From assembly GCA_000165425.1 (NCBI GenBank), contig CT868004.1:248001-290952 (forward strand): a stretch of DNA of 42,952 nt, written 5' to 3'. Positions 12,198 to 26,648 of this stretch are shown here, one piece after another. This DNA comes from Paramecium tetraurelia. Lineage: Eukaryota. How positions within the stretch are numbered: position 1 is the stretch's first letter; every line of letters begins with the position of its first letter. A program made the translations under genes and the position numbers. The notes beneath the pieces are model-generated. The model was given only the letters and a program-made list of their open reading frames with translations. It searched no databases and had not been told where the DNA came from.

Positions 12198-15100
12198 TCA
12201 TTTTAATTTCTTTAATAATGTTAATGTATGTGGTTCTGTCAATGTTTCTATAGGTAGATTTGTTAATACTAATCTTAGCAAAATTAATCTTTAATTTGTG
12301 GAGTACATCCAAATTCCAAAGACCATAATATAAATAACTATTAAAGATATCCCTGCTGCCAAGTAATATGAATAAATCACGTCTAAATCCTCTGCCATTA
12401 CATTCTTTAAGATTATCATAATGTTATCTATAAACAAGTTAGTACCATCAGTTGTATCTAAAAAGTGCTCAAAAATTGCATTATTGAATTCTTTAGTATT
12501 TAATTGCTCTAATACAATATCGAGCTCATCTCTGTAATCTTTGTTCTCGATCTCATAAATGAATTGCTGTTTAAACAATGTATCAATACGACTCACTACT
12601 CCTTGAATACCAGAACTTAGGAATTCCCGATTGTCATCATCTGGATTTGGTGTTCCATATTTAGCATCAAAAGAACTAGCATCTTATTCACAAAAAGGAA
12701 TGAGATCAGCCAATAGGATACAAAAATCTTCAGAATACAAGTTAAATAGAACAGCTTCATCATCTCCATTTATTCTATTCGATTCTAAAATGAATTCATA
12801 GATATTTGTTAAATTTTCAAAATAGGAGTCATAATATTCCAAAAAGATAGTCATAATTTCTGCAGCACCTTGAAAACTCTAAATCTACGCATCGGTATAA
12901 TATTTCTTTTCTATCAGTTTATTATATAAAATTTGTTAAGATTTGATTACTAAAGCACAGCTTATTGTAATATCTTATTAAGAGGTAAATCTAATAAAAC
13001 TTAAAGTCAATTATTAGGTAGGATATAAATCACTCGCTTGGGAATTGTACAAAAAATAACCTCCAATTATAAATCCAAGAATAATTAAGAAAGTAATTGT
13101 TATAATGAAGACCTCTTTTATAATTGATATTCCAGAATTAGTGATTCTAGAATTTAATACAACATTCTGATTTTTTCTAATTTTTTTCTACCCTTCATCA
13201 TTATTTATATCTGACTTCTATGGATTTTTATTCGACAATTACAATTAATACTCCTTCAATATCCTAGATTAAGTATAAACAGATTCTAAACCCAACTAAT
13301 TTAAAGATGAATATAATAATTTGTAATAGTTTTGCTATTTCCAACTTTACTTCCCTATAAATGTTTACAAAGTTTCATTTACATAAGAGAATCTGATAAT
13401 TTGCTCTTAGGCTTAATTCTCCTACAACCTTCCAGCTAAAAGTATGATAGCTTGACAATATTTTTCAAGTTGATTCCAATAATAAATTTAACCAAACATT
13501 ACCAAACTTAGCACTATTATCTCAATACTAATTTGTAATTAGTATTCAGTTAGCTTTGACTACTATAAATCAAAGAATAATATATTCAATGAATCCAGCA
13601 GTTCAACATTCATGTAATTCACATTCTTTAAGTTATATCTTAATGTCAATAGATTATCTAGATAGTTTTGGTCAATCAAGTCTTCCAAATCATCAAAACT
13701 ATGATATTGAGCCTAAAATAATAAATCTGCAATATTTGATATAAAATTGATAAAATAAGTGTATGTGACTACTTCATTATCTTGATATAAGAAATCTAAA
13801 TTAATTTTACTTAACATTCCTTCATACTCAATCCCAATAAATGTATCATACATGCTCCTTAAACTTCCAAGCATTGTGTCTGCAAGTACTTGGATCTCTT
13901 CTAATGTTTAAATAACTATGTATTCACTGCTATTTATTATATCCAATGAATTGAAGACTAGACTCCATATATAACAAAAAGTCTTAAAGAAATATCTGTT
14001 AAATAATAAAGGAGCTTGAATATTAATTAGAGTCTGTAATAATTCATCATGATATGAACTCACATTTATTAAATGGATTATGATATATATTGCAATTATC
14101 AGGACAATCAAAATATTGATTGCTAACAATGCCTATAAACTTTGAGTTAAATCCCTCTTTGATTGAAATTTCTTAATCACTTGAATTGCAGATATTCCAG
14201 ACGTACCAGAAGTATTACTTGATCTTGATTTCTTTGCACTCACTTCAAAATCATTTTTCTTTTATTACAACTAGTTTTCTTATAATTGTTATAAAAGATT
14301 ATGACTATTCTCTTTCTTATTATTGCTACTTATTCCTTTTACTTGTGATGATTCTGGAACATCAATATCATTTATAATAGGATCTCCATTTCCATATTCA
14401 AGTTGGTTTTATAATTCCGTAAAGTCCTTTTCAATTAATCCCTGTAATTATTACTACTTAGAGGAAGGACTGACAAATTAAATTCTTTGGGAAATAGGTG
14501 CATAACTCATGCTATCTCTTGCAGATTCAATGGCAATCAATTGCCCTTCATAATTAGATAATTCTGGCAGTCTACTCCCATACTTTTTGATCAATAATGA
14601 AACCTCATTAATCTTTGAAACATCTGGACGTATCTCCTCTACAGCTACAGACGGTGCTTCCAATCCATTTTCACTTGGTTGAATATAAGACTAACTGTTT
14701 TCCATATTGGCTAATACGTATATTATTGAAATTACTTTATTAGTTGTAATTTGTTGAAAACGCATTGTTTGAATATTAATTGTTTGCAATTGATTCGTTT
14801 GTTTTATTATCATCAGTTTTTCTAATGTCTAAAATTTCTAATATAAAATAAGCCTTTCTTTAATCCTTTTTTCCCATTATTCTAAATTACAATTGAACTT
14901 TACTAATAAAACTTTATTTCTACTTTTCCTAAAAATACATTATTATTAATTACCTCAAACCTTTTTATATTATCAACCATTTAAGTTTAAACAACAACAT
15001 TAAATAATGGTAATTAATGTAGATATTAAATGCTTTTCATTGAATTCTACATTTCATAATTTTCCATAAGTTATAATTGGACGAGTCTTGTTTTATTCAA

Positions 15101-17635
15101 ATCTAATGATGTTTGACTAGTCCTTGATTTTTATATACTTTAGGATTTTTCATAATTTTGTGTTGAAAATTGTTTCAATGATTGCTATAATTTGTATCCA
15201 TCCTCTAGTATATCCTTTTAATTGAAGAATTTCCAAATTTTACAATAATTATCAGGTGATCCATATTATAAATCATTTTTCAATTTATTCCTTAAATCAA
15301 TGAGCAAATCAAAAATATTGGGAAATAACATGCAAATACTTATTTGATAAATCATATCAGAAGTGAATTTGGTAATCGATTGTTAGAATTAGAAGAACGT
15401 CTCATAAAAATTTTAAGTGCATCCAATCAGATAACCATCCTCTCCAAACAAAACAAAATCTGATGAATGTTTAACCTTTGACATGCAACCCATCAGTATA
15501 TAATCATCTAAAAGTGAAAAATCATTATCAATTTTTAATTATTATGGTACTAAAAATCCTTCTCTAGAAATTCCGAATACTAACTTATAGTCATCAAAAA
15601 ATATAGATTTCGCCGACTACAAATAATCCTAAAGTAATCTATCGTGTTTTTCTGCAAAAAATGATGGCATCAAAGCACTTATATTATCTATTTATTAAAA
15701 TTCTTATTCTTCAAAATCAAAATATTTGGCCAATAACCTTTTATCTGAATTCACTATTTTCCCTCTATTTCTAACCATACTAATTTAAACTAATGCTGCT
15801 CTCTCTTCAACTAACAGAATATTTGTTATTAGATCATCCTATTGTGTATGTTCAATATTAAATATTTCTGCAATTACTTATTCACATATTTAAGTACTAT
15901 AATAATCATTCATTATTGCACTGAAAAACATAGATATGAATTTGATAGTTTATACGTTATAAATCTAAGATAGTTTATCCAAATTATGAAAATCAAATTT
16001 ACAAAATCTTTAAAGTTCTTCATGCAAGATTTAAATTTTTGCACTTTAGGAGATAGCCATTCTCTCAATATCATAAATACTATTAAATCCTTTTATCTGA
16101 TTGGTCCAAAAACTAATTTTTTCCAAAATTATCTCCTTTACCTTTGGTATAAATGATTCTTAGAATTTCAAAGTTTCATGTATCGATTAAATGCTTAATT
16201 ATTTTTCTTATTATTATTATTATTACTAAATACTATTCAATTTAATTAGATTCTGCTATTTTCTGACTAATTATTGAAGAAATTGACTCATTTGATATTT
16301 GACTACCATAAAAAAGTATGATTGCTAGTTAGTTAGAGTTTCATACTTTTTTAATTCTACATATGCCAACAATGGTCGATTGATGTATTCAGCTACATAA
16401 TTAATAAAGAATAACTCAAGTTCTTCATACATAGTTTTAGTATCGCTTTTTGCTTTTTCAAGTTCAGTTTGCAACATACAATAAATAGTTTAATTTGTCA
16501 ACTGAATATGATTATCATTTTTTCTATGTTTCTTATTCCAATTTTTAGCACAATTAACTTTATGAGCTTTGTAGTAGAAATACAAAGAGAAGAACTGCTA
16601 TTAATAGATTAGTTTATTCATTGCAACGCATTATAAAAACAGTTCTTATGCTAATGAAATACAAGAAAAACAATTGATATCTAAATCGTAGGCTTAAATG
16701 GATTTCCTCTCATGAAACACTTCTCCTAAATAATACGAAAATAAAGCAGTAAATAAAAGTAAATATAATATGTCTTCTTAAGCAATTATTTTGCCATCTG
16801 TAAAGACGGAGAAACTGATTATGATGTTGATAAATTCAGCAACCAAGCTTAATTTAAAATGAGTTTCATTCATAAATGGTAAATAGGGTTTAAAGATTAG
16901 GCTTTCAATAATTTTAAATATTAAAGAAAGATGTATTATTGCAATTTGAGCATATTAAACAGTGTCTTAATTGTCAACAAAATAAAATACAGCCATAATT
17001 ACCTGCAAAACATAATGTAAGGGTTGAAAGCCATTAAACTTTGATTGGATGTAGTTGCTTGGAATGAATGTGTAAGCTCTTAAGAAATATTAGGAAAAGA
17101 ATATAATGATTGTGAATAAAATTAAAGTTAAAAAGTTAATGATACTCTGTATTCCAAGAAGTGTATTTTAAAAATTAAGAGTTTCTGGACCATTTAAGAT
17201 TTGCGACACTAATAAAAATAAAATGGGTAATTGAAATACTGTTCCTGTGATTTGTAAGAAATAGAAGATGGATTTTCTTATTGATTGATGTTCAATAATG
17301 CTTCGATTATCGTAAATTCCAAATAATAGCAAAGTGAATATGATTAGAATAATGACAATGAGTAACAGAATAGTAATTATGAATGCAGTCATTCTGAAAT
17401 CAATTTAGGAGTCTGCAAAAATTGGTATGATTAATTAAGATTGAGCTATCATTTGAAATAGTTTGAAATGACCATCACTATAATCCCATAAATTCCATCC
17501 ATGCATTGGCAATAACAAAGCGATATATTAGGAATACATAACAAATATCGATAATTTTAACCAGAAATGAGTTGGTTATGTAGTATGCTTAATGTGAGCC
17601 AAACATGATAGCTAATCAACAATTATAAATTTCAT
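12198..17635 (-). CDS. Large multi-pass membrane protein with internal PAS domain (TmcB/TmcC-like, expanded ciliate family), ~1,800 aa
   Basis: N-terminal block of many TM helices (e.g. MTAFIITILLLIVIILIIFTLLLFG), a helical region, then PAS-like RGKIVNSDKRLLAKYFDFE..ISALMPSFFAEKHDRLLQDYL..GISRKGFLVP. Two paired-TM modules follow, and it ends RLVLTNLPIETLTEPHTLTLLKKLK-TGA. One intron is seen near 14929-14953; a second is inferred from frame. Confidence 0.85.
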
Positions 17636-17706
17636 ATTGCCGCTTTTAAATATTTTTATAAAATAATCATCAAATTATATTCATTAGAATCAATATTATT
17701 AATTAA

Positions 17707-20700
17707 TCATTTTTTCGGTAACCAAGACATATCTTTTTGTTGAATTTTCTTAGCAATTTCTCTCTCCAAATAATTTAATTCCCTCTTTTATTGTAAACAA
17801 ATCAAGAAAAACAAATAAGAAGATAATTTATGTTCTTTTTCAATATGCTCCTGCCAACTAATATTTCTAAGATTAAATAAATTGATTACTTTTCTCTGCA
17901 TTAATCATAGGATATCCCACAAATTTTACAAGACTTGCTCTTTTGATTTTTTGACAATGAGTTGCTATGAGAGTATTACCCACTAATTATACTGATGATG
18001 AGGGCGAAACACAATATGAATATGAGCATAAACAATGTAACAACAAATATGTAATTACCCCAATCATGAGTTTCATCTTCAGAATTAAAGGAATTTTGTA
18101 GTCTGAATCCATTCCCAAAGAACTTCCAGAATTTAGATATGAATGAAAATCGAGCAGTATCTTCTTCATGAAATACTTCAGCATCTTCAACTACAAATGC
18201 TAGAAATGAATAACAATGGATCACAATCAAAGTCAGATACAGTATGAGTAGAATCTTCCAAAAGTTAACAAGTACTGATGATAACACTTTTCTTAAACTC
18301 TAAAATGATAAATAATAAATCAATTACATTCACTCTTGATACTATATCAAATAATAGTAATGAAATGAATGGTGAAGCAAGAAAAGACAAAGCGGCTAAG
18401 ATCAAATAAGTTAAATGATACAGAAAAGTAACATTTGAGATTTAAGCTAGTATTCTATTTTAATTTAGATATTGATGCATCTTCATTTTACGTTTCAGAT
18501 TCGTTTTCTTTTGTTTTTGAGGATCCGGATAAATCTAATTTAGACTTTCTGTCCCTTTCAACCCTAAGTTCACATCTTCCTAGTTTTGATCTCTATAATA
18601 ATCAACTCTAAATGCTATATATGGTTATTGATTTATAATTTCAATCATTAGTACGAAAGCAGATGACAATATCAAAATGATTGTTAAAACGATAACAATA
18701 ATTTCGATTGTTTGACTCTTAAAAAAGAAACTGTTTACCTTTCGTTATAAATCACCCAGATAACATAAATTTAGTGTAAGCACTATCAAGTAATTTAATA
18801 TCTTCAGCAAATGAATGTTGATTGAAAACCAATTCAATTTTGGATACTTCGAAATATTTTAACGAAATGCTACTTCTTTTTAGAAATACTCAGACATAGT
18901 TTTTAACTATTCATACCTGCCTCTCTTCATTCTTAACATCTTAGCCTTTTTGGTAGTTTGTTGTAATAAAAAGAAGGATTGAAAAGGTAGAATAAAATAT
19001 AATAACTTATTCTCATCATGTTGGCTGATTTATATTTATCCTACATACTTACTAAAAAAGTTAATAGCCTCAGCCATCTTCATACACATATTTTTCTTAA
19101 TGATGTCTCTTTGATTATTATATTAAGCACCCTCTAACCAATTTATTGCAATCACTTCTAATTTCTATTCAATTTTGCTCTCCCTTTTTTCTGCAGGGTC
19201 TATAACCTGATCTTGTTCATCAAACTTTTTGAATGGTATTGCTTCATCTAAGGACTACTTAACAAACTATTTTTTATTTGTTATTTTGTAAATGCTTTCT
19301 TTAAACTTGCTTTTCGGACTTGAATTATCACCAAACATTGTATACTGTTTATTTACCAAGGGGGGAGTCTTCAAAGGCGTCGATTTCTTTTTCACATTTA
19401 TTTTTTGTTGTGTCCTTAAGTCTTTTATATCTAGAGAAGCAATTATAGAATCATTTGAATTCAAATATTCCTTCAATAACTCCACTCGTTTTTAATTGAA
19501 CTCTTGTTATTTCACAAAATTCTTCATACTAATGAAAATTCTTAGAAAATTTAAATTTTGCTTTTAGTTTAATGACAATTCATTAGGTTAATCTCCAATT
19601 ACTCTATCCCGCAACGTCTACCAATAGTCCTTCTTCTTATCAAAATTTCCTATACTTTCAATGTTTTCACTCAAAATGTTAAATAAAATAATTAAGTCAA
19701 AGCAAATTCCTAATACTTCAACCTCTCCAACAGCAATGAAGTTTGATTAGCATTTTAAGTTTGTGCAATTAATATTATCTACATGATTGCATTTCTATCC
19801 TTACATAACAATATTCAGTCTTGGAGCAAATTATTCATATATCTTTAATAGTTTCTCAAATAGCATTTAAAAATTTAAGTCTGTATAACTATAATGTACC
19901 TCTAATTTGACTTACAATAGTAATTAAATAGCTGATTTAAATAATACTCTAAAAGTATTATCTTATAAGTTATCTGCTAGAATATCATATTTTTATGTTG
20001 TTATAATAAATTAGATGATTGAAATTAATGGTTTATGGCTAAAAACTAGATATTAATTTTGTGGATTTCCTTCACAAAAGTTATTTAAGCATTTTAGACA
20101 CTCAGAATATAATGTAAGTATGTCCAGCTCAGTACATATATGTGTTAATTATGATCTATTGATATAATTATAAAAATTGGATGTAAAATATAATACCTCC
20201 TCTATTAAAACTTATTGATTATTAGAGTCGCAAAACTAGCAACATCTATCAATATATAAGATTAATTTTCCAATAAATCTTAAGATTGAAATTATAATCT
20301 TAAAAAATTGGCCAAGTAAATAATTTCTTTCGTTTTAAATATCCACTCTACTAATAAAAAATCCTTATTGATTTGACTTAGTAACCTGTTTTGAATGTTG
20401 CTCCAAACTTAACAATCTATCAACTTGATTAAATGCTCTTGAAATGAATTTATGAAATGATAAACAACTTTCATTCGAGAACATATTTCCCAACTATCCT
20501 TCATCCATTTTTTATATTTATTCAAATATTGATAAAGTTAATTGAACTTTTTTAATACAATGTAAAGCATATTCATTATCATTTTCCTCTAAATATATCA
20601 TAAGAAATGGAATTTATTTTAATGCAAAATGAATCAGCTTTTCTTTCTCAATAATGCTCTACTCTTTTTACAATATTTCATTTAATATATGCAAGGCTAG

Positions 20701-23700
20701 AAATTTATCTTAGCTAGCTTCTTCTTTTAATAATCTTGAAAATGTATATATGACTTCTTCGTCACTCTGAAGTTTCAATAGAAATTATTCCTACAAATCC
20801 TCAAATAATAATTTATCCAATCTATATAGATTATATACATTATCTGGATTGATCAATAAATCAAATTAATAAATAAATTAATTAAATGTTTATTGAATGA
20901 AGATGGACTTTTATTGATAATATGTTTATTACAATGTTTATTTTCTTTGGGCTTCCTTTTGATCTTATTTATTGAGTTTCCCCTTTTGGCTCTCAAAATA
21001 ATTTGTCAATTATTAATAGAATTTATCTAATAAATAAATAATTATAATTTACTTAAGTCCAGCAAACTCTTTGATGACTCTTTTGTTTACATATGGGTTT
21101 CATAATATATGACTGCATCTTAAAATGTTAGATACTAATCTAAGTCAGGTAGAACTTTTAATTATTTTAATTTGATCAACACTCCAAAATGTTCATCCAA
21201 AATATAGTTGAATAAACTACAAAATTTATCTCTGCTCACTAGTTTATCACCATTATCAACACTGTATTCCCCTTCCTGAATCTGCAAATCCTAATGAAAT
21301 GAAAACTCACCTCTTATCTTATCCATCATTTCGCTAATTGTTAGGTGATTGTCCATCATATATCTCCTTAATTTCTCATAAAATTAATATAAATGTTTTT
21401 TAAGGTCTTCTTATGAAAATTTCTAATTCATTCTTTGTTTATATTCCTTTATTTACATTTTGATAGCTCTTTAAGTTTTGTGTTCTTGGGCATATTTGAT
21501 TGTTTTAAAGTGCTTTAGATTAGAATCCAAGGGACATTGAGTTAAGCATTTTGATAGAAAGAATTAAATCTAAGCCAAATACACTCTAAACTTTGGAGTA
21601 AGTAATTAGATTTCAAGAATTACCAAGGTTTGTCTCATGCTTTCTAAAATTAATTTAATTAATGCCAAAGGTTCATAAAGAGAATCTTCCACTACCTAAT
21701 TCATTTACTCACTTTGAAATGCTTATTAATTGTGTTAGTTTTCAGATATATTCCATTTTCTGATTTATATTTCATTGAATAATTGCTAGAGTAGTGTTAA
21801 AACACCAAATTGAATATTCTACCAATTTGAAATTGCTAATACATATTTCCAATATTCAGTGTAATCATTCACAATTCTCTTTTGTTCATTAATTTATTAT
21901 TATTATAATTAGGCAGCAGTATTTTGATTTGTTAATCCAAGAGTTGAATTTAATAAGTTCTTTTTTTTCTCCTCTGTATCCTAAAATAACTTGTCCTTCA
22001 TATATTCTATTTAGAATATATCCTATCTCATATTTTCCTTATCCTCAGGAGAATTTGATTCAAATGTCTTTACTAACCCATCCAGATATTTAGGAAATGC
22101 CAATAAGTCATTTAATATCAGCAATAACAGTTCTCTCATATCTTGCATAGAAAAAGTATGGTTCGTTTGAATTTAAGTGGCATAAACCAATTTGATTAAT
22201 TCTGATTTCATTAGATATGAGGTTCCAGGATTGTGTATCATTTAATTAATTTATTCAGTAAATAAAATACCTTGGATCTGTTGAACTCCTAAGGGATAAT
22301 CTTTTATGACTTAGGCTGTTAATGAATTTGAGGCTGAAAATATTTAATAATCCAATCCATAAAATGATTATTCATCATTCTAATTCTTAATTTCATTAAA
22401 TTGTTTGTAGTATTAAAGTTCATTAATGAAGTTAGGCACTTTAAATAAATTACTTAATATTTCCCTTTTTATGATAGTCAATCTCTCAGGTGAAATTTAT
22501 TTGTTTTGTAAAATGGACAACATAGCATAATAAAACTATTGACAACTTGATTTGTACTCATACATAGTGCTGAAGATGCATTTGACTAATTATTATATTA
22601 AACTTTATTTTTCTACCATACTCTAACAAAACACTCCAACTAATTTTGACACCTTAATATTATTTGCTCCTAGTTTTATGATAATGAAGATATCATCTTA
22701 TATTTCTTCACAATTTAATTTATTATTAATTAAAAACAAGCACAATAAGTTTATGCAGATTTACTATGTAGGATTAAACTCTTTAAAGACTTTAAGCAAT
22801 CTAAGAATTTATTTATGTACTCCTAAATTTCTGAGTATATTTTAGGTTTTTTTTAATTAGAATTAATCCATTTTAAATTCTTTAATTCTATTAATTAACT
22901 TATTTAAGAGGTTCTCGATTTCCTGATTTTTATCCTCTTTTTATTAAACTACTCCTTCCTAATTTTTTTTTTACTAATCCTCTAATTATTAAATTAATAA
23001 TTCTAATTTAGTAGGTGAAAATATGGATTCGCTTGAATTCCCTGTTAACTATTGATACAATTCAGTTTCTTCACCTTCTAGGATTATTTCAACTTATTTT
23101 AATTTTTAAATCCATTATTGATTTACTCCTTAGTTTAATGCTTCATAACATATTTTGAAACCCTTGCTTTGGAATAGAAAATTTGAGAAGTAGAACCCCA
23201 ATAATGAACCTAAAATTAAATTTTTGTTTTCTCCCAATTACATCCTACTTATGATATCTTTAATTTCAAATATAAGTTTATCTAATGATTAAAGACAATA
23301 GGTTTAATGAGATCTTTAAAAATGTTTAATGAATTCTTATATTTACACATTCAATTAAATAATGAAATACTACTTAAACAAGAGTCCCGCGTTAAAAAAT
23401 AGTTCATCAATTAGATCCACTAACCCTTATTATTGTAAAGAAAGAGCACTACTGATTAATTCATTTAGCCAACTCTCTTTGACTTCCAACGCTAACTTTT
23501 CCTTCAAAGATAAAAAGGGTACAAAAATTTATAGCATTGGTTTGACTATGTTACATATTTGTTCTTCTGTTAAATATCCAAACTTTATGATTTTATATAT
23601 TAAATGATAGAGAGTCGTTAAGAATTTGATTTTTTATGAAACCTTGCTTTTCTATTCAACCTTCTCAGTCGAAACCTAATTAGAACTCATTGAAGGCAAG

Positions 23701-26648
23701 CGAACATACATTTTCTTCTTTTTAACTTGAATCAATCCTTCCTAAAAGCTCTGCCCTATAGTTAATAATTCAAAAAGTAAGGGTAACATTTTATCCTCAA
23801 ACTCCTTTATAACTCTTTCAACCTCTGTAGGTTCGACTTAATGATTGAAAATTTGAGCTATCTTTTTGTCTTTTTCCATTTATAGTTAACCCCAAATAAA
23901 ACATGTTTGAGAATCTATTGGTAAAAATGGATCTATATCTATGTATAAAACTTCATACAACTTTAGATAACTATTTTTCATAGATAATGGAATTAAAGTT
24001 GATTTTATGACCTGTTAGATGTGATTGGATGAGATACCAAGTTGTTTCACTTTTTTCATGCATTTTTTATTCCTGCCTTTACATAGATGAGCCAAAAGAT
24101 TCACACATGCAGTTAAGTAACTCAGGAATTATAGTAGAGATTTCTTATATAGTATTTTTTCCCCCAATTCTTCTAAAGAGAATAATTCAATTTCATTGTT
24201 TTCAGACGGTCGAATTAAATGTAATTATGACAAAGATGGATTTTTTATCAGAAAATCTGCTAAAGCTTCTTCTCTGAATAGTGTAAAGGTTGGTTTTGAT
24301 TGAGTGATATTAAATAAACATAGAAATTTGGTTTTCCCACTTTTTCCTTATGAAAACAATTCCTTGCATACTTTCTTTTGATATCTTATTATTCCTTGAT
24401 TATTCGAATCAACCATGGCAATCGAAATGATTTTCAAGTAAATTGTCATGTCATAAATATTATTTCCAATTTCATTAAGTGGCTCCAATAATTTAACCCA
24501 ATCTGCTAAGTCAATATTAGTCTAATCTCGAACTGCCTCTCTCAAAATAGCAGCTACTTATGGGCCATAACTCCTTATTTATTAGCATAAGAATTCGTCA
24601 TTGTCCAATGCAATTCTTCTATTAATTTAGTTATTCTTAATTGATAACAAGATTATTCTATATATTTAAATTGGCATGGATGCTAAGACTTTGAATGCAA
24701 CATAAGACTATAAGTGATTATAAATATAATACTGCTGATTACTGAGATGGGAGTGGGCGATCTGTTTTATAGAGACGACTTCTATCCTTCTCTCGGAACA
24801 CTTTTTAAGATGTGAAGACAATATTGTCTATTAATTTCAATAATGAAAATAAGAGTTCCAATATTTTCTATTCTCTCATCACTTTTTATTTTTAGGCATA
24901 ATTTATTTAGTTGTTATTATTTATCTCATGCTCATTCGGCTTAATTGTCAAAAGACTATTAAGATTATCCAATTATAATTGTAAATGATACACTTCTTGT
25001 TCTAATTAAGACTTCTATGATAGAGATTTCAAGTAATCAAATAATACAATATCATCATTTTATTTCCTCTTATCTGACACTATTGACCATTATTATAGAT
25101 ACACATGAAAATTCAGAATTCTCATTTAAATTTCATTAAAGTCCTCCAAAATGTTAGACGATTAAACATCAATAGATTTGACTGAAAATAGTTGAGGAGA
25201 TTAATCAGTTTAAACTTGCTAAAATTAAAATTTGGCATTCTAAGTTAAACATAAATAAGTTCCCAAGGCACTTTAAATGCTAACTATTTATTCATTAGAT
25301 TCTTATTGACCAGTCTATTCAGGATTAATGTAAAATACACTATAGTCATCTTAAACATATCCTGATGTCAGTTTTAATCTTTTCTCATCATTAGGGTCTA
25401 CAGTTAAATATTATTGTGTGAAAAGAGATTTTAGTTTGCAAGCATTAGGTTATTCCAACTATTCAGTGAATGGATAAATTGGCTGAATCTCAAAATACGT
25501 ATATGAGTTAAGTAGATTACTAGATAATGCTTCGTAGTCTTATACTAAGTATTTGTTAAGATCTAGAGTTCTTAATGCAAATGATTCCTATTGTGATTAC
25601 TATTGATCATTAGTTCCACTCGTAATAAGAGCTGTTTTATTTGCAATAAATGATTGTAACTATTTTTCACTTGTTCCAACAGCAATTTAGGATTGTTAAT
25701 GAATTATTTACACAATGTTGTTTTGATAATGTTTTACTTTATGAAGTTGAAAACTGTCAGGACAATCACTTGCATTGATATCAATAAATTTATTGCTCGA
25801 ATATCTGGATTCATCCTTCTCGAGTTTTAAATAATATTACCTATTTGAATCTTATTAAAAGAATAATTAATCATTGTACTAAATTTTATCTCCTACTTTC
25901 TTTGCACTCGAACTAGGCATTATTCTTAATATATTCTAATGTCCTATTTGAGATGATAGATTCACAGAAAATGACCCTCTCTCTTAAGACGGCATATCCA
26001 AGTTAATCATCACACTCAATTTAGACTTTATATTCACTAACACTATCCGCTAACCATAACATATGTGACTTTAATCATTTTTTATTGTCCTTGGATTTCG
26101 AATTGTAAAAAAGCATTTCTGCTAATGGGAATATGGATTATTGATGACTTGATTTGACATATTCACACAATTTATTGAACCTGAATATTTTAAATTCCCT
26201 ATTAATATCAATTCATGGAACAGTACATCTGATTACTTCCCAGACATTGTTACGTTTGTTTTTATAACAAATGCATCACCAAATTTCAAAAATGGATGCT
26301 CTGATTATCTATGGCTTTATAGCTCTTATTATGGGTCTCTATTTTAAATAAATGATTTCTTTTTTAATTTTGTGACTTCTTTCTATTCTGATTAATTCAC
26401 TGATACGTCATTGTCTAAAATCTCATCATTTTCTTATTATCTTAAAATGTCCTAATTCGAATCTTTATTTATACTTATTAAGGAGTCGTTGATGATCTTA
26501 CTTTTGTTTAAAGAAATGTCAATTATTTTGATTTCTTAGACTCTTATTCAAAATCCTCTCTTTATTATATTTGAGCCTCCTGACTTGATTATTTTCCAGA
26601 GTATATGCTAATTGGTTATATTAATGTTGGCGATCTATTCAAATCCAT
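17707..26648 (-). CDS. IP3 receptor/ryanodine receptor-type Ca2+-release channel (CRC) homologue, full length ~2,900 aa, divergent pore
   Basis: N-terminal FLKFGDAFVIK..CFFTIR..VGDKIQYND (suppressor beta-trefoil). QKVMREQKILELLFSLL (IP3-binding core helix). QNILRNLGVH (second RIH). CLNNFCEGNPQNQ (RIH-associated). EAINFFSKYVGQIQI..LYFILP. Six-TM block. C-terminal CKIC..HIEKEH..YLFF..DMSWLP. Several 20-30 nt introns. The start could extend to an in-frame ATG at 26759. Confidence 0.92.
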
